This document shows positions 39,790 to 53,205 of a stretch of 64,000 nucleotides of DNA, piece by piece. Position 1 is the first letter of the stretch; each line of letters opens with the position of its first letter. The position numbers were made by a program, and so were the translations under genes. A model generated the notes under the pieces. That model was not told the origin of the DNA. It saw only the letters and a list, made by a program, of their open reading frames with translations, and did no database searches. The stretch comes from Octopus vulgaris (lineage: Eukaryota): the NCBI GenBank assembly GCA_951406725.2, contig OX597814.1:155806001-155870000 (forward strand), read 5' to 3'.

Positions 39790-41900
39790 CGACTGAAAAC
39801 CACGTGGCCAGCGCGCAAGTCATGCGGCACGCTAGCGAGGTGCTACCACTACCACTAACTGCTGAACCTAACAGCTTGAACACCGCTGTCATCACCACCA
39901 CTACCAACAACAACAACAAAACTAATGCCGCAAGGCCCTCCACCATCACCGCCACCAAAGACATCAACTTAGATTTTCCTCCACTCCCCACTACACACGT
40001 CGATGAAAGTAGGACGGAGGAGAAGAATTAAAAAAGAACGAATACAGACGCAAACATGAATGCCAGTACCACCACCACCAACAACAAAATCAGCACAAGG
40101 CCGCCCACCAAAGACAGCACCGCCAACACTACTACTTCGACTTCAACTTCAATTGCTACAACTGACACCTCTACTACCAGCACCATAACCACTACCATCA
40201 CCACCAAAAGCCAAAACAAACTTCGCGGAAATGATAAAACAAAAGACAACCACCATAAAATTCACTGCACAAGAAATAAACAACACAAAGGCGCTTCTCA
40301 CCAAGGAAGGAGACAATTTACATCTCTACATTCCACAACGCATTTTGGAAAACACACACAAAAAAACCCAATCGTATACAAAGTTATCAACACGAAGACA
40401 AGACGACCGGAAAGTGCACCGCAGCAAAAAGTAGAAAAATGGCCTTGCGGCTCGGCACCTGGAGAAGCAAGCCCATTCCGTCCACCAGCGCCTCCGTCGT
40501 TGGACGCTAGACCGACGGTCCGGTCGATTTGCTTGGGGTCTGGTTTGGTCCGGACCTCCAAACGGAGAAGAACTTGAACGATATAACGTGTAGGGTGGTC
40601 ACTCTCGCCCGGCAATGGGCCGAGAGGAAGCCGTCCCCAAAAGGTAGGGTAGAGGTGCGAACACGTACATCGCTTCCGTCATCTACTACTGCCTGAGCGT
40701 CGTGCCTTGTCCAGACTCTACCATCACCAAACTAGATCGCATTCTCTTCCGCTTCTTATGGAAAGGAGACTTTCCGATGGTCAGGCGATCCGTTTCCCGC
40801 CAACACCCGTTAAAAGGAGGGTTGGACATCCCGTGGTTGATGCTGCGCAGACACGCACTGAGACTGCATCATCTCCGGCTCTACATAGATGACGGTGAAC
40901 AGGTGTTGTCGCCGTTTGTGGGGCGCGCTTTCCCGCAGCTCGTCTCCATGATCGACTTGCAGTCGTGAATCAAAAAGAGGCCGAGGAAGGGCGAAGTACA
41001 CCGCGAGTGCCACGTTGCTCTCAAGCAACTATGCCGTCCCGGGTCGACCTTGAGCAACTTCAACACAACCAAAGCATTCTATAGTGGATTAGTGGAGGGG
41101 AGGTACGACGACGATCTCGGGGCGAACCTAGGCGTCGACGAGGAATACCTGACCTGCCTGTTCAAGACGATTTTCGGGCCAGGACCTATGGACAACTTCC
41201 AGAGATCCATGGCCTGGCAGTGCTATCGAGAAGCGCTACCCGTTCGGGATAAGCTCTACGGGCATGGTTCGAGAAACACGGGGCCGACCTACCCGAGATG
41301 TAGTCAGAGCGACGAAACCGTTCTGCACACACTCGTACCGTGTCCAACCATTTCCGACCTGTGGGCCTATGTCGAACGACTGCTGTCGCGTTTGGGACGA
41401 GTCAGTTTATCAACGAGTCTATCGTGAATATTATCACGCCTCCTTCTTTGAAACGAGAAGGAAGAGCCATTTTACATCGTACTTGCAGCTATGGCGAAAT
41501 AATGTGTTTGTGGGACGCGTCTAAAAGGTCTAGAGACAAACACTTTCCTCTCTGGTAAATCTCTTATCAACTTCTTGAAGTATCACTTGAAGAGGAAGGT
41601 GAGAGTAGAGGGAGAAGTTTAGTCGAGTGAATGTTTCAAAAATAGATGGGTGAATGTAGTAAGGATGGCAGGTGTGAATGACGGAGCCAGCTTGAGCATA
41701 ATCCTATGAACCAAAAAAAAAAGAAAGGGAAGAAGAGAGTCACTTACTGTAATGTGTATGTGTTTTTTGTTTTGGATGACACTATTGCCCAAGGTTACCG
41801 TGGTCTTTTCCATAGGCTTTTCTTTCCACGAATAAACCTATTCTGTTTTCCCTTTTTACATTTACATTTAAAACATGTTTTAAAATATATTTTATTTTTT
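39790..41900 (+). mobile_element. L1/Tx1-clade LINE relic: Thr-rich ORF1-like piece joined to the ORF2 C-terminus
   Basis: TYIASVIYYCLSVVPCP..KLDRILFRFLWKG..RQHPLKGGLDIP; WQCYREALPVRDKL..YPRCSQSDETVLHTLVPCP (zf-RVT-like); T-rich 3' UTR. Frameshifted, with EN and RT core absent. Confidence 0.8.
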
Positions 41901-42046
41901 ATTTTTTATTTATGATTGGCTTTATGTCTATCATTGTTAGAATTGCATAATAGTGGTTTTTCTCTAATTTATATATATTATATATATTGTGAAATTTGAT
42001 TTAATTGAAATTTTCCCTGTACGTTTGGGGTTATACTCCCAAATAT

Positions 42047-42078
<32 letters not shown>

Positions 42079-42084
42079 AATGTG

Positions 42085-42300
42085 TTTTACTTTTACTTTT
42101 TTTACCTGTTTCAGTCATCTGACTGCGGCCATGCTGGAGCACCACCTTTAGTCGATCAAATCTACCCCAGGACTTATTTTTTGTAAGCCTAATACTTATT
42201 CTATCGGTCTCTTTTGCCGAACCCCTAAGTTACGAGAACGTACACATACCAGCATCGGTTATCAAGCGATGTTGGGAGGAGCACAAGCACAGGCACACAA
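42085..42300 (-). mobile_element. Family-A SINE 3' half
   Basis: Reverse complement of 6480-6660. Confidence 0.85.
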
Positions 42301-42972
42301 ACACACAAACACACACACCCAGACACACTCATACATACACACACATACATATATATAAACATATATATTTATATAAACATATATATTTATTCATATATAT
42401 ATATAAACATATATATTTATTCAAAGCAATGAATAGTTTGCGGAAACCATGGTATGCTTTGTTTTCTGACTTTCTAATCATCTCATGATAATGACTTTTA
42501 TTACTTTTATTACTACCTCAGTCCTTCTAAATGTATATATCTGTCGTTACCTTTCATAAAAAGCCTTTTCTTCTTTTATTTACAATGTGCATTTTCGTTG
42601 ATTTTCATATTTTCCCCTTACATTTCCACGTGTATTTTATATTTTCTTTTTGTAACATATTTCTAATATATATATATATACATATATGTACGCATGTATG
42701 TATCGCGTAATAAGGATTAATAAATCTAAGCAAACACATTGTAAACACTCGGGGATTAAGCTAACTTGCAATAAAGTTTTATGGTGTGACTTGATAACAT
42801 TGGGTTCGCAAGACTTTTAGATATACTTAATTTTATAATCGATCCAAAATGGACCGATTTATAATTAGTATCATTTGCAATATCTACAAATGCTTACGAA
42901 ATACAAACGATCTTTGGCTTTGTATGATGCTGTATTCAAATAAAGATGTATATGGCATTCTCCATGTTTTAC

Positions 42973-43042
<70 letters not shown>

Positions 43043-43078
43043 ATATATATGTATATATATATATTCATATATACATAC

Positions 43079-43157
<79 letters not shown>

Positions 43158-43869
43158 TATATGTATGTATGTATACACACGTACATATGTATGTGTTTGT
43201 GTGTGTGTAGTATTGAACAAAAGTACAGCAAATTACATTTACATACACCCAGTTCTATTTCACTTCACTGTTTATGAGATTCCTGAGATTCCCTACTAAT
43301 ATCGATTTGGGATTGATTTGTAATTCGTATAAGCAGATGAACATACATTTTCTGTAGTTTAGCGTAACTTTCCTCAGTTCCTGTTAGAAAAGCTAGCATA
43401 CTTGCAAATAGTTTGCATAATTATACTTTTAATTTCCATTATGGAAATGAATAATGTAGAATCTAATCTTATACATAAACCAAGGGAGTTTCTGTGTTCC
43501 TATATTTATCATGAACTATCTTTTGCCCCAAGTTGGTAACGCAAACTTAATGTCATGTACATAAGTGATATACTTTCTAATGCTGCAGTCTATTGCAGCA
43601 TTTCTTGAAATACATTTAACATATATATCAGCAATATTAACATGAAAAGACGCTTAAGTAAAATTCCCAAATAAGGAAACTTGACTGTAATGTATGTATG
43701 TATGTATGTATGTATATATATACATATATATATAAGACCAAAAGGGTACAAGCGCCGCTATATATACATGTATATGTAAAAAATTACAAACTGGGCCAAG
43801 AACGCAAAACATTTAGAAGACGATACAAAAAACACGGACGGGACATTCGAAGTCTTCAATCTTCAAAAA

Positions 43870-43991
43870 ATTAAGTACCTTCACTGGTACTTAATTTTTT
43901 GACCCCGCAGTGATGAAAGAGAAAGTCGACCTCGGTGGAATATGAACTCAGAACGTAGCGGTAGACGAATTACCGCTAAGCTTTTCACTCG

Positions 43992-43995
<4 letters not shown>
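43870..43995 (-). mobile_element. Family-B SINE fragment
   Basis: ctggtacttaat..gacccc..aaagtcgacctcggtggaatatgaactcag is the reverse complement of the family-B head and Meta domain. Confidence 0.8.
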
Positions 43996-44039
<44 letters not shown>

Positions 44040-44043
<4 letters not shown>

Positions 44044-44906
44044 ATAATAAAGGGTGAAATTAATTAATTTAGAAATAATCATTAGTTTCACCAAGTAGAG
44101 TTCGGCATGTAAAAGCCCCATTCAAGGAAGGTTTAAGTAATACTAAGTAATTAAGGGTTTAGCAACGATTTGCCTCACCACACACCGAAATTTAGAAATA
44201 GCAGTCAAAAAGTTTTGGCTATTCTTTCTACTTAAAAGGGAGATCCCAGTAAAACCAAAGCACTTAAAAAGCAAACGACGCAGGCAAAAGAGAAAGAAAT
44301 GACGAAAATCATTCTATATTAAATCACCTACGGACGTACGTTTCGGAATTAAGTCATCGCAGAGCATAAAAATTAAATAACTATGTCTTACATGACTATT
44401 TTCCTCATCAGCGTAAGACTCTTCAATTATAAATAATTGCGTCTCAATTATTAATAATTGTGTATTAAATTTGAAGGCACTAGAAGACATCACCTCAACT
44501 CATGGTATCAGAGCGAGCGTAAGCCATTACCAGTACCTCCAAATTCAAAGGGTGAATGAAAGTATGTTCCCATCCCCCTTCTGCCAGCGTGCTGCCAAAA
44601 TAAGATGCTACAGTTTTTTTTACTGGGATGAAATACAATTATCAATAATAAAGGGTGAAATTAATTAATTTAGAAATAATCATTAATTTCACCAAGTAGA
44701 GTTCGGCATGAAATTTTTATGCTCTGCAATGACTTAATTCCGAAACGTACGTCCGTAGGTGACTTAATATAGAATGATTTTCGTCATTTCTTTCTCCTTT
44801 GCCTGCGTCGTTTGCTTTTTAAGTGCTTTGGTTTTACTGGGATCTCCCTTTTAAGTAGAAAGAATAGCCAAAACTTTTTGACTGCTATTTCTAAATTTCG
44901 GTGTGT
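44040..44906 (-). mobile_element. Young non-coding hammerhead-bearing element: 601-bp unit, 70-bp direct terminal redundancy and 195-bp inverted copy (Penelope pseudo-LTR or retrozyme-like)
   Basis: 44040-44109 equals 44641-44710 (one mismatch seen). 44712-44906 is the reverse complement of 44180-44374 (about three mismatches seen). Contains the hammerhead at 44327-44417 and abuts a (TA)n tract. Confidence 0.85.
44327..44417 (-). ncRNA. Type I hammerhead ribozyme with an extended (60 nt) stem II
   Basis: Minus strand: cttacg CTGATGA ggaa..agtcat..atgact..ttcc GAAA c gtac GTC cgtagg. Intact core, 6-bp stem I, palindromic minimal stem III (ACGTACGT), GUC triplet. Confidence 0.85.
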
Positions 44907-45255
44907 CTTCTTCTATAGCCTCGGGCCGACCAATGCCTTGTGAGTGGATTTGGTAGACGGAAACTGAAAGAAGCCTGTTGTATATGTATATATATATATA
45001 TATATGTGTGTGTGTGCGTGTGTGTTTGTGTGTGTGTGTGTGTGTTTGTGTGTCTGTGTGTGTCTCCCTAGCATTGCTTCACAACCGTTGCTGGTGTGTT
45101 TACGTCCCCGTCACTTAGCGGTTCGGCAAAAGAGATCGATAGAATAAGTACTAGGCATAGACAGAATAAGTCCCGGGGTCGATTTGCTCGACTAAAGCCG
45201 GCGCTCCAGCATGGCCGCAGTCAAATGACTGAAACAAGTAAAAGAGTAAAAGAGA
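44903..45255 (+). mobile_element. 5'-truncated family-A SINE
   Basis: Colinear with 6338-6665. Confidence 0.9.
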
Positions 45256-45266
45256 ATATATATATA

Positions 45267-45470
45267 TATCTGTAAAATTAATGTGACAATTATTCGGTAT
45301 CCATGATAAAATTCCGTGTTTCGGATGTCAGGGCGGAAGCCCACGCCGCCATCTCTTCAGTTATCCGGCCATCGAATAATTGTCACATTAATTTTACAGA
45401 TAAATTCCTCTATTTACATGATATCAGGTCTCTTTCATTCCTTTGTTGTCTTACCATTCCTATCAATATA
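45267..45470 (-). mobile_element. Short element: perfect 30-bp inverted repeat enclosing a degenerate hammerhead
   Basis: Arms 45267-45296 and 45373-45402. Minus strand 45305-45365 reads gataa CTGAAGA gatg..ggcgg/ccgcc..catc c GAAA cacggaatt ttatc. Flanked by (TA)n on both sides. Confidence 0.65.
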
Positions 45471-45489
45471 TATATATATATATATATAT

Positions 45490-45526
<37 letters not shown>

Positions 45527-45581
45527 CACGCGTGTGTGTGTGAGTGTGTGTTTATGTGTGTGTGTATATAATACCACTTGT

Positions 45582-45875
45582 GAAGGCACATGGCTTCGTA
45601 GTTGGATTATTTCAGCTCACGACCTTGAGTTCAATTCCCAGTGGCGCGTTTTGTACTTGAGAAAAATACTTTATTTCAAGTTGCTCTCATCTAGTCAGCT
45701 GGCAATTATGAGTAGTACATGTATTTCAAAGGGCAGGCTTTCTCACATTCTGTGCCATACTGAATATTCCTTAGCGTACGCGTCTGTGGATCGTTCAGCC
45801 ACTTACACATTAATTTCACGAGCAGGCTCTTTCGTTAATCGGATCAACTGCAACACTCGCTCTCGTAACCGACGT
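45582..45875 (+). mobile_element. Family-C SINE
   Basis: Colinear with 27084-27392. Confidence 0.75.
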
Positions 45876-46006
45876 AATATTAGTAATAACACTTAACTAT
45901 ATTAAATCAAAATAATTTACTATGATATATAATAATGTATAACGGTTAATAAATTCATACTTTATATAACGAACTATCCCACCTTAAAATATTATCCTAA
46001 TAAACT

Positions 46007-46116
46007 TCTGATTTGATTATTCTAAGACATATAAACAATATCTGATTTATCTATTCTAAGACATATAAAAACAATATCTGATTTTTCTATTCTAAGACAT
46101 ATAAACACAATATCTG
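46007..46116. repeat. Minisatellite, unit of about 34-36 bp, three copies
   Basis: tctgattt..attctaagacatataaa..caata occurs three times. Confidence 0.9.
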
Positions 46117-48382
46117 CCATTATCAAATATAATTGGGTTCTTTCTTTTTCTTCTATGACAAAATAGTGAAATGTATCGGCTTCCCCAATAAATTTTACTT
46201 TCACTAACAATAAGTTAAATATAATTCATTTTGTCAATTATAGGTGCCTACAAAATACCTTATGAAATCAACCACTGTAATGACTATTATTAATTTTCTA
46301 AGTATTTTGGATAGAATTTATGAAAGAAGCAGTAGAATAGAAAAATTACAAAAAGAGTTTTTGGTTTTGATCTGTATTCTCATATAGCGACCGGATATCA
46401 GAGAGCTATTAATATCCGATTAATCAGGAAAATTTTTGTCTGGACGAAGAAACGTTCTTTGTTGGTACTTGCAGTTTTATTGGCTCCAGGGAAAGATAGT
46501 GGTTTGAATTACTAATATTAAATGCCCTAAGTTTATTTGAAATCCATTACAGATACAATTTTTTTAAAGATATATTTTCTTTTAATCCACTCCAGATAAT
46601 ATGTTATTTTTTAAAATCCTGTCAAATTTTCAAAACAGACTCCTGTCTGGAAAGAAAATTTGATTTATGGTTTAATAAATTGTCTAGTAGTTAATGTCTC
46701 TTTACAGCTCAGGTATAGATTAGTCGACTTTGTTAGTGAATACGTAAGGAAGGGTAAAACAATTTTATTTGGTTATTTAAAGGTTAACGTAGAACATTTA
46801 GAATGTAAATGGAATTACCCATACCAGTGATTTTTGCTTCTTGGAACTGGATAATAAAATGCCTTACATTCAAGGGCCGTTCACAGACTCATCTCACTGC
46901 CTCTCCTAATTCCCATTGCAGACCTCATACTAATCACTAGCCTGTCTAAATCCACAAATTTCTAGAACATCATTCCTCTAGGGATTTATCTTTGCTTCTG
47001 ATTTTTTTATTCCAGCTCTTGACTTACAGCTTATTAGCAGGAACATTAACCATGATAAATACACTGATCTCGGTGGGATAACGAAAGCCATAAACACAAC
47101 GTCTTTTTCCTGGCCAAGCTAATTAAAACACAACGGGGATAACTGATCTTCTCGACGAGATCTCTAACTAACGAGACCATTGTTCAACAAATGTGATATG
47201 ATTATCTTGGTGATAAGATTATCTTGGTGTGAGGATTCCGCAAAGTTGGCAGTAATTCTCTTGGCTGTTAAGCAAATATCACCGATGATATTTGTAGGAG
47301 GAAAACTTGCAGAGTGAACATTGTATGAAAGAATTAATTCATGATTTTGCCTGAAGTATATAAACACACGCCTAAAAGTAACAGATTATTTATGAGATTA
47401 TTATAAAAGTAAAATTTGTTTTATTTAGTTTTCGAAAGATAGATTAACACTTTGAATAATACGTAGCGTTTAATTTCATACACCTCCAAAATGTAATGGG
47501 ATATTCATGCCCACTTTCGAATGTAAAAGTGAAATATATTGAGTTTTCATTTTTAATGCATGTAAATAAACTAAAATTTTTCGATAAATCAATAATAATT
47601 TTCTTACTCATTTAAGAGTAAAGAAATGAGCAAACGTATCAATTATTTTTTATTGCAAAAATAAGACTGCATATTTCTTATATTCATGGAATGGAAATTA
47701 AATTATATGGAAAGTGAATTATAATTTACTGACGAGTTATGTTAGACTGAATTTAAAGTCAAATTTATATGCAAAATAATCACTGGTACAGATATAAGAA
47801 GAATATGAAAACGGATTACAGTCTGAGAGAAACTGAAATGAAGGCCAGCAAGTTAGTATTTTCGCTTTAACTCTGCCTGGGATTTGCTGTAATGCAGACA
47901 CTGTTGAATCACATAACAATTGTAATTTAAATTAATTTTATAGAGTAAAAATCTATTATTGGAGGTGCATTTAAAATGTGCTAGGATTATTTAACCATAC
48001 CACACCTACAGTCTCTGTATATCTATATACATACATAAGGAACGCATATCATCTCTCAGTTGCTAAACGTGTGTTAAGATCTACATTTCTAAGGTTGGTT
48101 TAACTTCACATCTCAGATATCTTTGTCATGCAGTTGTCCCAAGTGAATGATTATGGAAGTATACGCGCTCAGTTGCCGTAACTCATGGGTTGGTTCATAA
48201 AAGTATTTAAATGTCCATAATTCAGTCAAGACAACTCTGTACCACCTCAGTTGAAACATATTTGTACTGTTTGCACCATCGTATTTCCACTAAATATGAT
48301 GGTTTGTGTTCAATTTGAGATACAAACAAATTTAGATAGCCTGGTCTCAAAATTTCTAGTTAGGAATATCGATATGTGAATA

Positions 48383-48480
<98 letters not shown>

Positions 48481-49639
48481 GGATATCGCATGTATAGCTA
48501 TTTCATAAAGGATCATTAAAATTTCTTTCAACTCGTAACCAGTTATGATCTTTATATAACTTAAACGATATCAAACTTAAATGACATTTCTCAAGCCTGC
48601 CTCATTTGATTGTACCCAAGCAAAAGGAATGCATTCGCGCACACACATGAGTGCATAGAGAAAAAGTTCCAACAAAAGTGTAGCCCTTATTGAGGAAGGA
48701 GTGTTCGTTTTATATACGGCTTTGACTTGATGGAGCAAACTGATGACCCAAGGCTCCCCAATCCTGACCAAACTGTATATAGGATTACATATTCCAATTC
48801 TTATCCAATTTATATTTTTTTACGACACGAGGGTGTGCTATGAGAAATATTCTAGATATTGTTAGCATGCAAACTATTTCTACTACAAAACCCTTAAATC
48901 ATTTTCTCATCTTATCGCGATACATACTTACCTAGTCCGTTTATATGGAAAACGTTCCATTTTTATGGCGCTAACCCGTTTTTATATCACTTTGTGCTAC
49001 GTGTAGGAGTTCCGTATGATTGAAAGTGTCTTATCAACTTGTACTATTAAGTTTAAATCTCTATGCGTTAATAGCATGAGAAAAGATGATTTCTACGTAT
49101 TAAAGACGCTCTTAAATACATTTCCAGAAGGCAAATACATGAAGCAGTGTCTCAGTAGACTATCAAATGGTGAGTCTCATACAAAATTATCTTATTTACT
49201 ATTCTTATAATATTATACTACAAGTCTGGAGAGACGTATTCGTAGGTGCCGAAAGAAAACAATTTAGCAAAATAGCCTGTCTTTTGAATAATGATATATA
49301 TTGCTGTTATATTTCTAACCATAAATATATGCATGAAGAATGATTTGTTGTATGGCTTTAAGATTCTCACACAGATGGAAAGATAACGAAGAAAATGAGT
49401 GATGCGCTAAAGTTCGATATATGTGTACGTGTGTCTCCATGCTTGTATATATATATATATATGTGTGTGTGTGTGCGTGTTTGTGTGTGTGTGTATGTGT
49501 GTGTGTGTATATATGTGTGTGTATGTGTTTATGTGTGTGTGTTTATGCCGAGTTATAATAAATACAATTTTACCGTAACATGAATGATGATCGAAGTATT
49601 TTGTAAAGTTAATTTTTTTGTACTGTCAGTGACTTCGAA

Positions 49640-51215
49640 AGAAATCAGCAAAAAACATGGGCAACTGGAAGACCCCGGGACCAGATGGAATTCAAAGCTA
49701 CTGGACCAAAAGATTTGAAGAATATCATTCACGAATAGCTGCAGAACTCAAAACTTTGCTACTTGCCGAACAAGTAACACCTCAGTGGTAGAAAATGAGT
49801 AGGAGAGTGCTGTGCTTGAAAAACATCGAAAAAGGCAATACAGTAGACAATTAGACGCCGATAGCCTACTTGCCTCTTATGTGGAAACCATTGAATAGAA
49901 GAGTCGCAGAGTCAATTTACAGACATCTGGAAAAAATGGAGTCCTGCCACATAAGCAAAAGGGGTGCTAGCTAAATGCAGAGTACCAAGGATCAATTTCT
50001 GGTAGCCAAACTATAATTATAGACTGCAAGAGGAGGAAAACTAACTTAACCATGACATGGATCGATTATCATAAGGTATGCGATACGATCCCACATTCTT
50101 GGATTATGGAATGTATGAACCTATTTACTATTGCATTGAATGTTGAACGATTGCTTGGAAAAATTATGGCGAAGTGGAGGACGGAAATGACAGCACATGA
50201 TAAAGTTTAGGAACAATAAGAGATCAGGAGAGGCAACTTCCAAGGAAACTGCCTGGCCCCACTGATCGTTGTACCGTGCATGATACAATTAACACTGATT
50301 CTCAGGAAAGCAAAGTCTGGGTATGTATTCAAGAGTCGCCAACAAAAAGTCAAACATTTGTTATTCATGGATGACATCAAACTTTATGGTAGAGATGAAT
50401 CCCAAGACTTGTTGATACAGTTTACACTTTTGGTGCTGATATCAGAATGAAGTTTGGACTGAAAAAGTGTGGTGTGTTAGTCTTGAAGAGAGGCAAAATT
50501 AAATGTATGGACGGGCTAGAAGCAGATAGAAGAGATGGGCTATATGTACTTGGGGATATTGGAAATGGATAAATTGAAAGAAATGACATAAAAATTTAAG
50601 GTAGTGTACTTGCGCAGACTGAAGCTGATCCTTAAGTCGAAATTACACGTACCGAATAAGATTGAAGCTACCATTGGACACTTTGCAACAAGTATGGACT
50701 TGACAGAGCAAAAAAGTGGTATCGAAAATGATAATGCAAAGAACCAATGGGATTTTATGTTTCAGTGCGACCATGAGATAGAGAATAGGAAACCAGACAT
50801 AGTGTTAATTGAGTAAAGAAGCAAACTATGCTGGATCATAGATATAGCATGCCCAGCTGATAACAAGGTATGGGATAAGGAAGAAAGTAAAGTACATAGA
50901 TACGACAGATTGCTTAGTTTAAGCAGTTGTGGTCGCTGAAAAAAGTGGTAGGAGTACCAAAATTTCTCGAAGCCCTGGGAAGAGTGGGTAAACATCTTAA
51001 TAATTACATGGAACGAATAAGGGCTGCAATAAGCGTGGAGCACTTGCAGACAACAGCACTGCTTGGAACCGCTCGAATACTCCAGATGTGCTCGAAAAAT
51101 TAAGAACGTTATCTTAGTTCACTGGTAGTGAACAGCTGATAATGTAGTACATTACCAGCGTTAGAAGCTGTACAAAGACAATATAATAATAATAATAATA
51201 ATAACAACAACAACC
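49640..51215 (+). mobile_element. Degenerate, internally deleted R4/Dong-type LINE with (TAA)n tail
   Basis: NWKTPGPDGIQSYW, TWIDYHKVCDTIPHSWI, HLLFMDDIKLYG, KFGLKKC, WDFMFQCDHEIENRKPDIVL (RLE); ends in aataataat. Confidence 0.9.
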
Positions 51216-51689
51216 ATGTGAAAAGTCCCGTTAAAGCAAAGGAACTAAAAAAGTCGTAAAGATTTTTGTTACAAACAGTGTAGTTACTTTCTTAGATGCG
51301 TGATATCTCAATGTGACATACGCAAAACTTTGAAACCAGCACCAGGAACCCTGATAAAACATACTAATTACACACTAAGTACGTAAATTCTATAATTATC
51401 AATACATGCAACTGTCCATGCATCTATGCGAACAGGCTAATATTTACAAGCAACATAAATAATACCTACACATACGCACTCAGAAAGTAAAAGAAAAGCA
51501 CGTGTCACAAGCAACACTGTATTGAACAAAAATAAAGTGACTTCCCACAAACGAATATAAAAAGGAATATATTAGTCACTCAGTTTAAAACATCACTAAA
51601 CAGTTATGCCTGGAAACATAGCTACGATAAAAATGTTCGAAATAGATTTTTGACGGTACGATAAATATATCCATTCGGAGAATAAGAAA

Positions 51690-52172
51690 ACGGTGGCATG
51701 TCAAAAAGTCAACCTTAAACAAACAGACCCGTCTCCTATTATCGCCATCAATGCTTTAATGACAATCCAAATCTCATGCCAGCTCGCTCAAAACCTGAGA
51801 CAAGGACCGCGTTGCCTAGCGGGGAACCAGACGGGGTCAAAAGCCTACTACTGGAACAAACACACCAAAAGAAAAACAATTGAACTTCCAGGTTACCAGA
51901 ACCAGGATAACTCTAACCCTAGACCCGTAGTGACACCACCGAAAACACCACCTATAGCAAAATACATAAAATGAACTACAGAGGATTATAGAGATGTGTT
52001 GAATTGTTTCTATACCGTCAATCTAAACCCAAAGAATAACCTCATTGTACAAACATACACTTCATGGAGAAACATAGTGAGCAGCGAAGTACGCAGATAT
52101 ATAAACACAAATACATTAAGTAATGTGCGTAGAGACGTCATTAAGAAGAAATGGTTAACTGACGCTGAAATT
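51690..52172 (+). mobile_element. R4/Dong-type LINE 5'/N-terminal fragment
   Basis: TTEDYRDVLNCFY..QTYTSWR..INTNTLSNVRRDVIKKKWLTDAEI resembles the R4/Dong N-terminal domain. Confidence 0.65.
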
Positions 52173-52789
52173 TGTTTTTCTCTTTTGTTTCTACTGTTCA
52201 GACACTTGCATGCGTACGAGAATTTTTGTGTGCGAACCGACTGCGTTGCATCATGGGATATTGTCTTCTGTATATTCACATTGATTTTGTGAGTAGAATT
52301 TGCTAGTCAGAAGGAGACACTGTATATCAATGAACATCATTGAAATATCAGAGTCACGGTTCTCTTTGAATAAATCACTTTACGATATATTAGTTCTGCC
52401 CTTAATGAAATATACTTTCCTGCAACACTCAACCTGATAAATGTAATCATCCAGTAATGGTCGATTTCTTGATATTTAACCAAAAACTGTGAAAATATTT
52501 AGAATATATAATTGCTTCTAGTATTGGTTCAGGACCATGGATTTCAAGGGGATGGAGATTAATCGATTAATCATCTTCAGTATTTTAATGGTACTCAAAT
52601 TTACCGAACCATAAAAGAGGAACGGCAAAGTTGACAATGGTGAAATTTGAATTTAGATCATAAAGGGACATAATTAAATGCCACAAGGAATCTACATCGA
52701 TGAACTATGAATTCTGCCAAATTCTGCTACATGAAATAAAGTTTAAGAACAATAATAAAATATTCTCGTACTTCTGGATTAAAATGTTT

Positions 52790-53205
52790 GGATCTTTTCG
52801 GTTTGAACGGCAGTTTTTCTAGCAGTGTCATATGAAATTGTCACCCATAATTATGACCCTAGTATCGATCTATTGCATTTCAATCTGTTTTAGGGTTAGG
52901 GTTAGGGGCGGGGGGAAGGGTATCTTTTGATATTCACTAATGTAAATAAACCAATCTGTTTCTTAAACGAGGGACATTCATACGGCACAGAATGTTTTTT
53001 TACCTCAATAGACGTCAGTGATTGGTTGAAATTGCAGACATTGAAGAAAAAAAAAGCAATAAATATCTTACAAACTATAGAATTTTTTCAATAAAGACCA
53101 GAGAAAAAGATGTTTTATAAACACATTCTACCAGTATACGAAGTTTAAAATTTTTTAGTTACTTAGAAATTATGTTAAAAACTGCTGCTCAAACCGAATA
53201 GATCC
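52790..53205. mobile_element. MITE with 28-bp TIRs and 8-bp TSD (Merlin- or hAT-like)
   Basis: Left end ggatcttttcggtttgaacggcagtttt, right end aaaactgctgctcaaaccgaatagatcc. Flanks are aaatgttt (52782-52789) and aaatgtct (53206-53213). Internal (TTAGGG)3. Confidence 0.85.

Noticed and set aside
40056-40577. Mucin-like Thr-rich host protein
   Set aside because: It is contiguous with the L1/Tx1 relic and frameshifted, with no signal peptide or splice context.
46700-47380. Ancient CR1-like relic (and an RTE-like relic near 53.3-54.3 kb)
   Set aside because: Only faint motif echoes; too decayed to support as features.
51770-51850. Possible HDV-like ribozyme at an R4/Dong 5' end
   Set aside because: GC-rich, but I could not build the nested double pseudoknot by eye; it needs a descriptor search.
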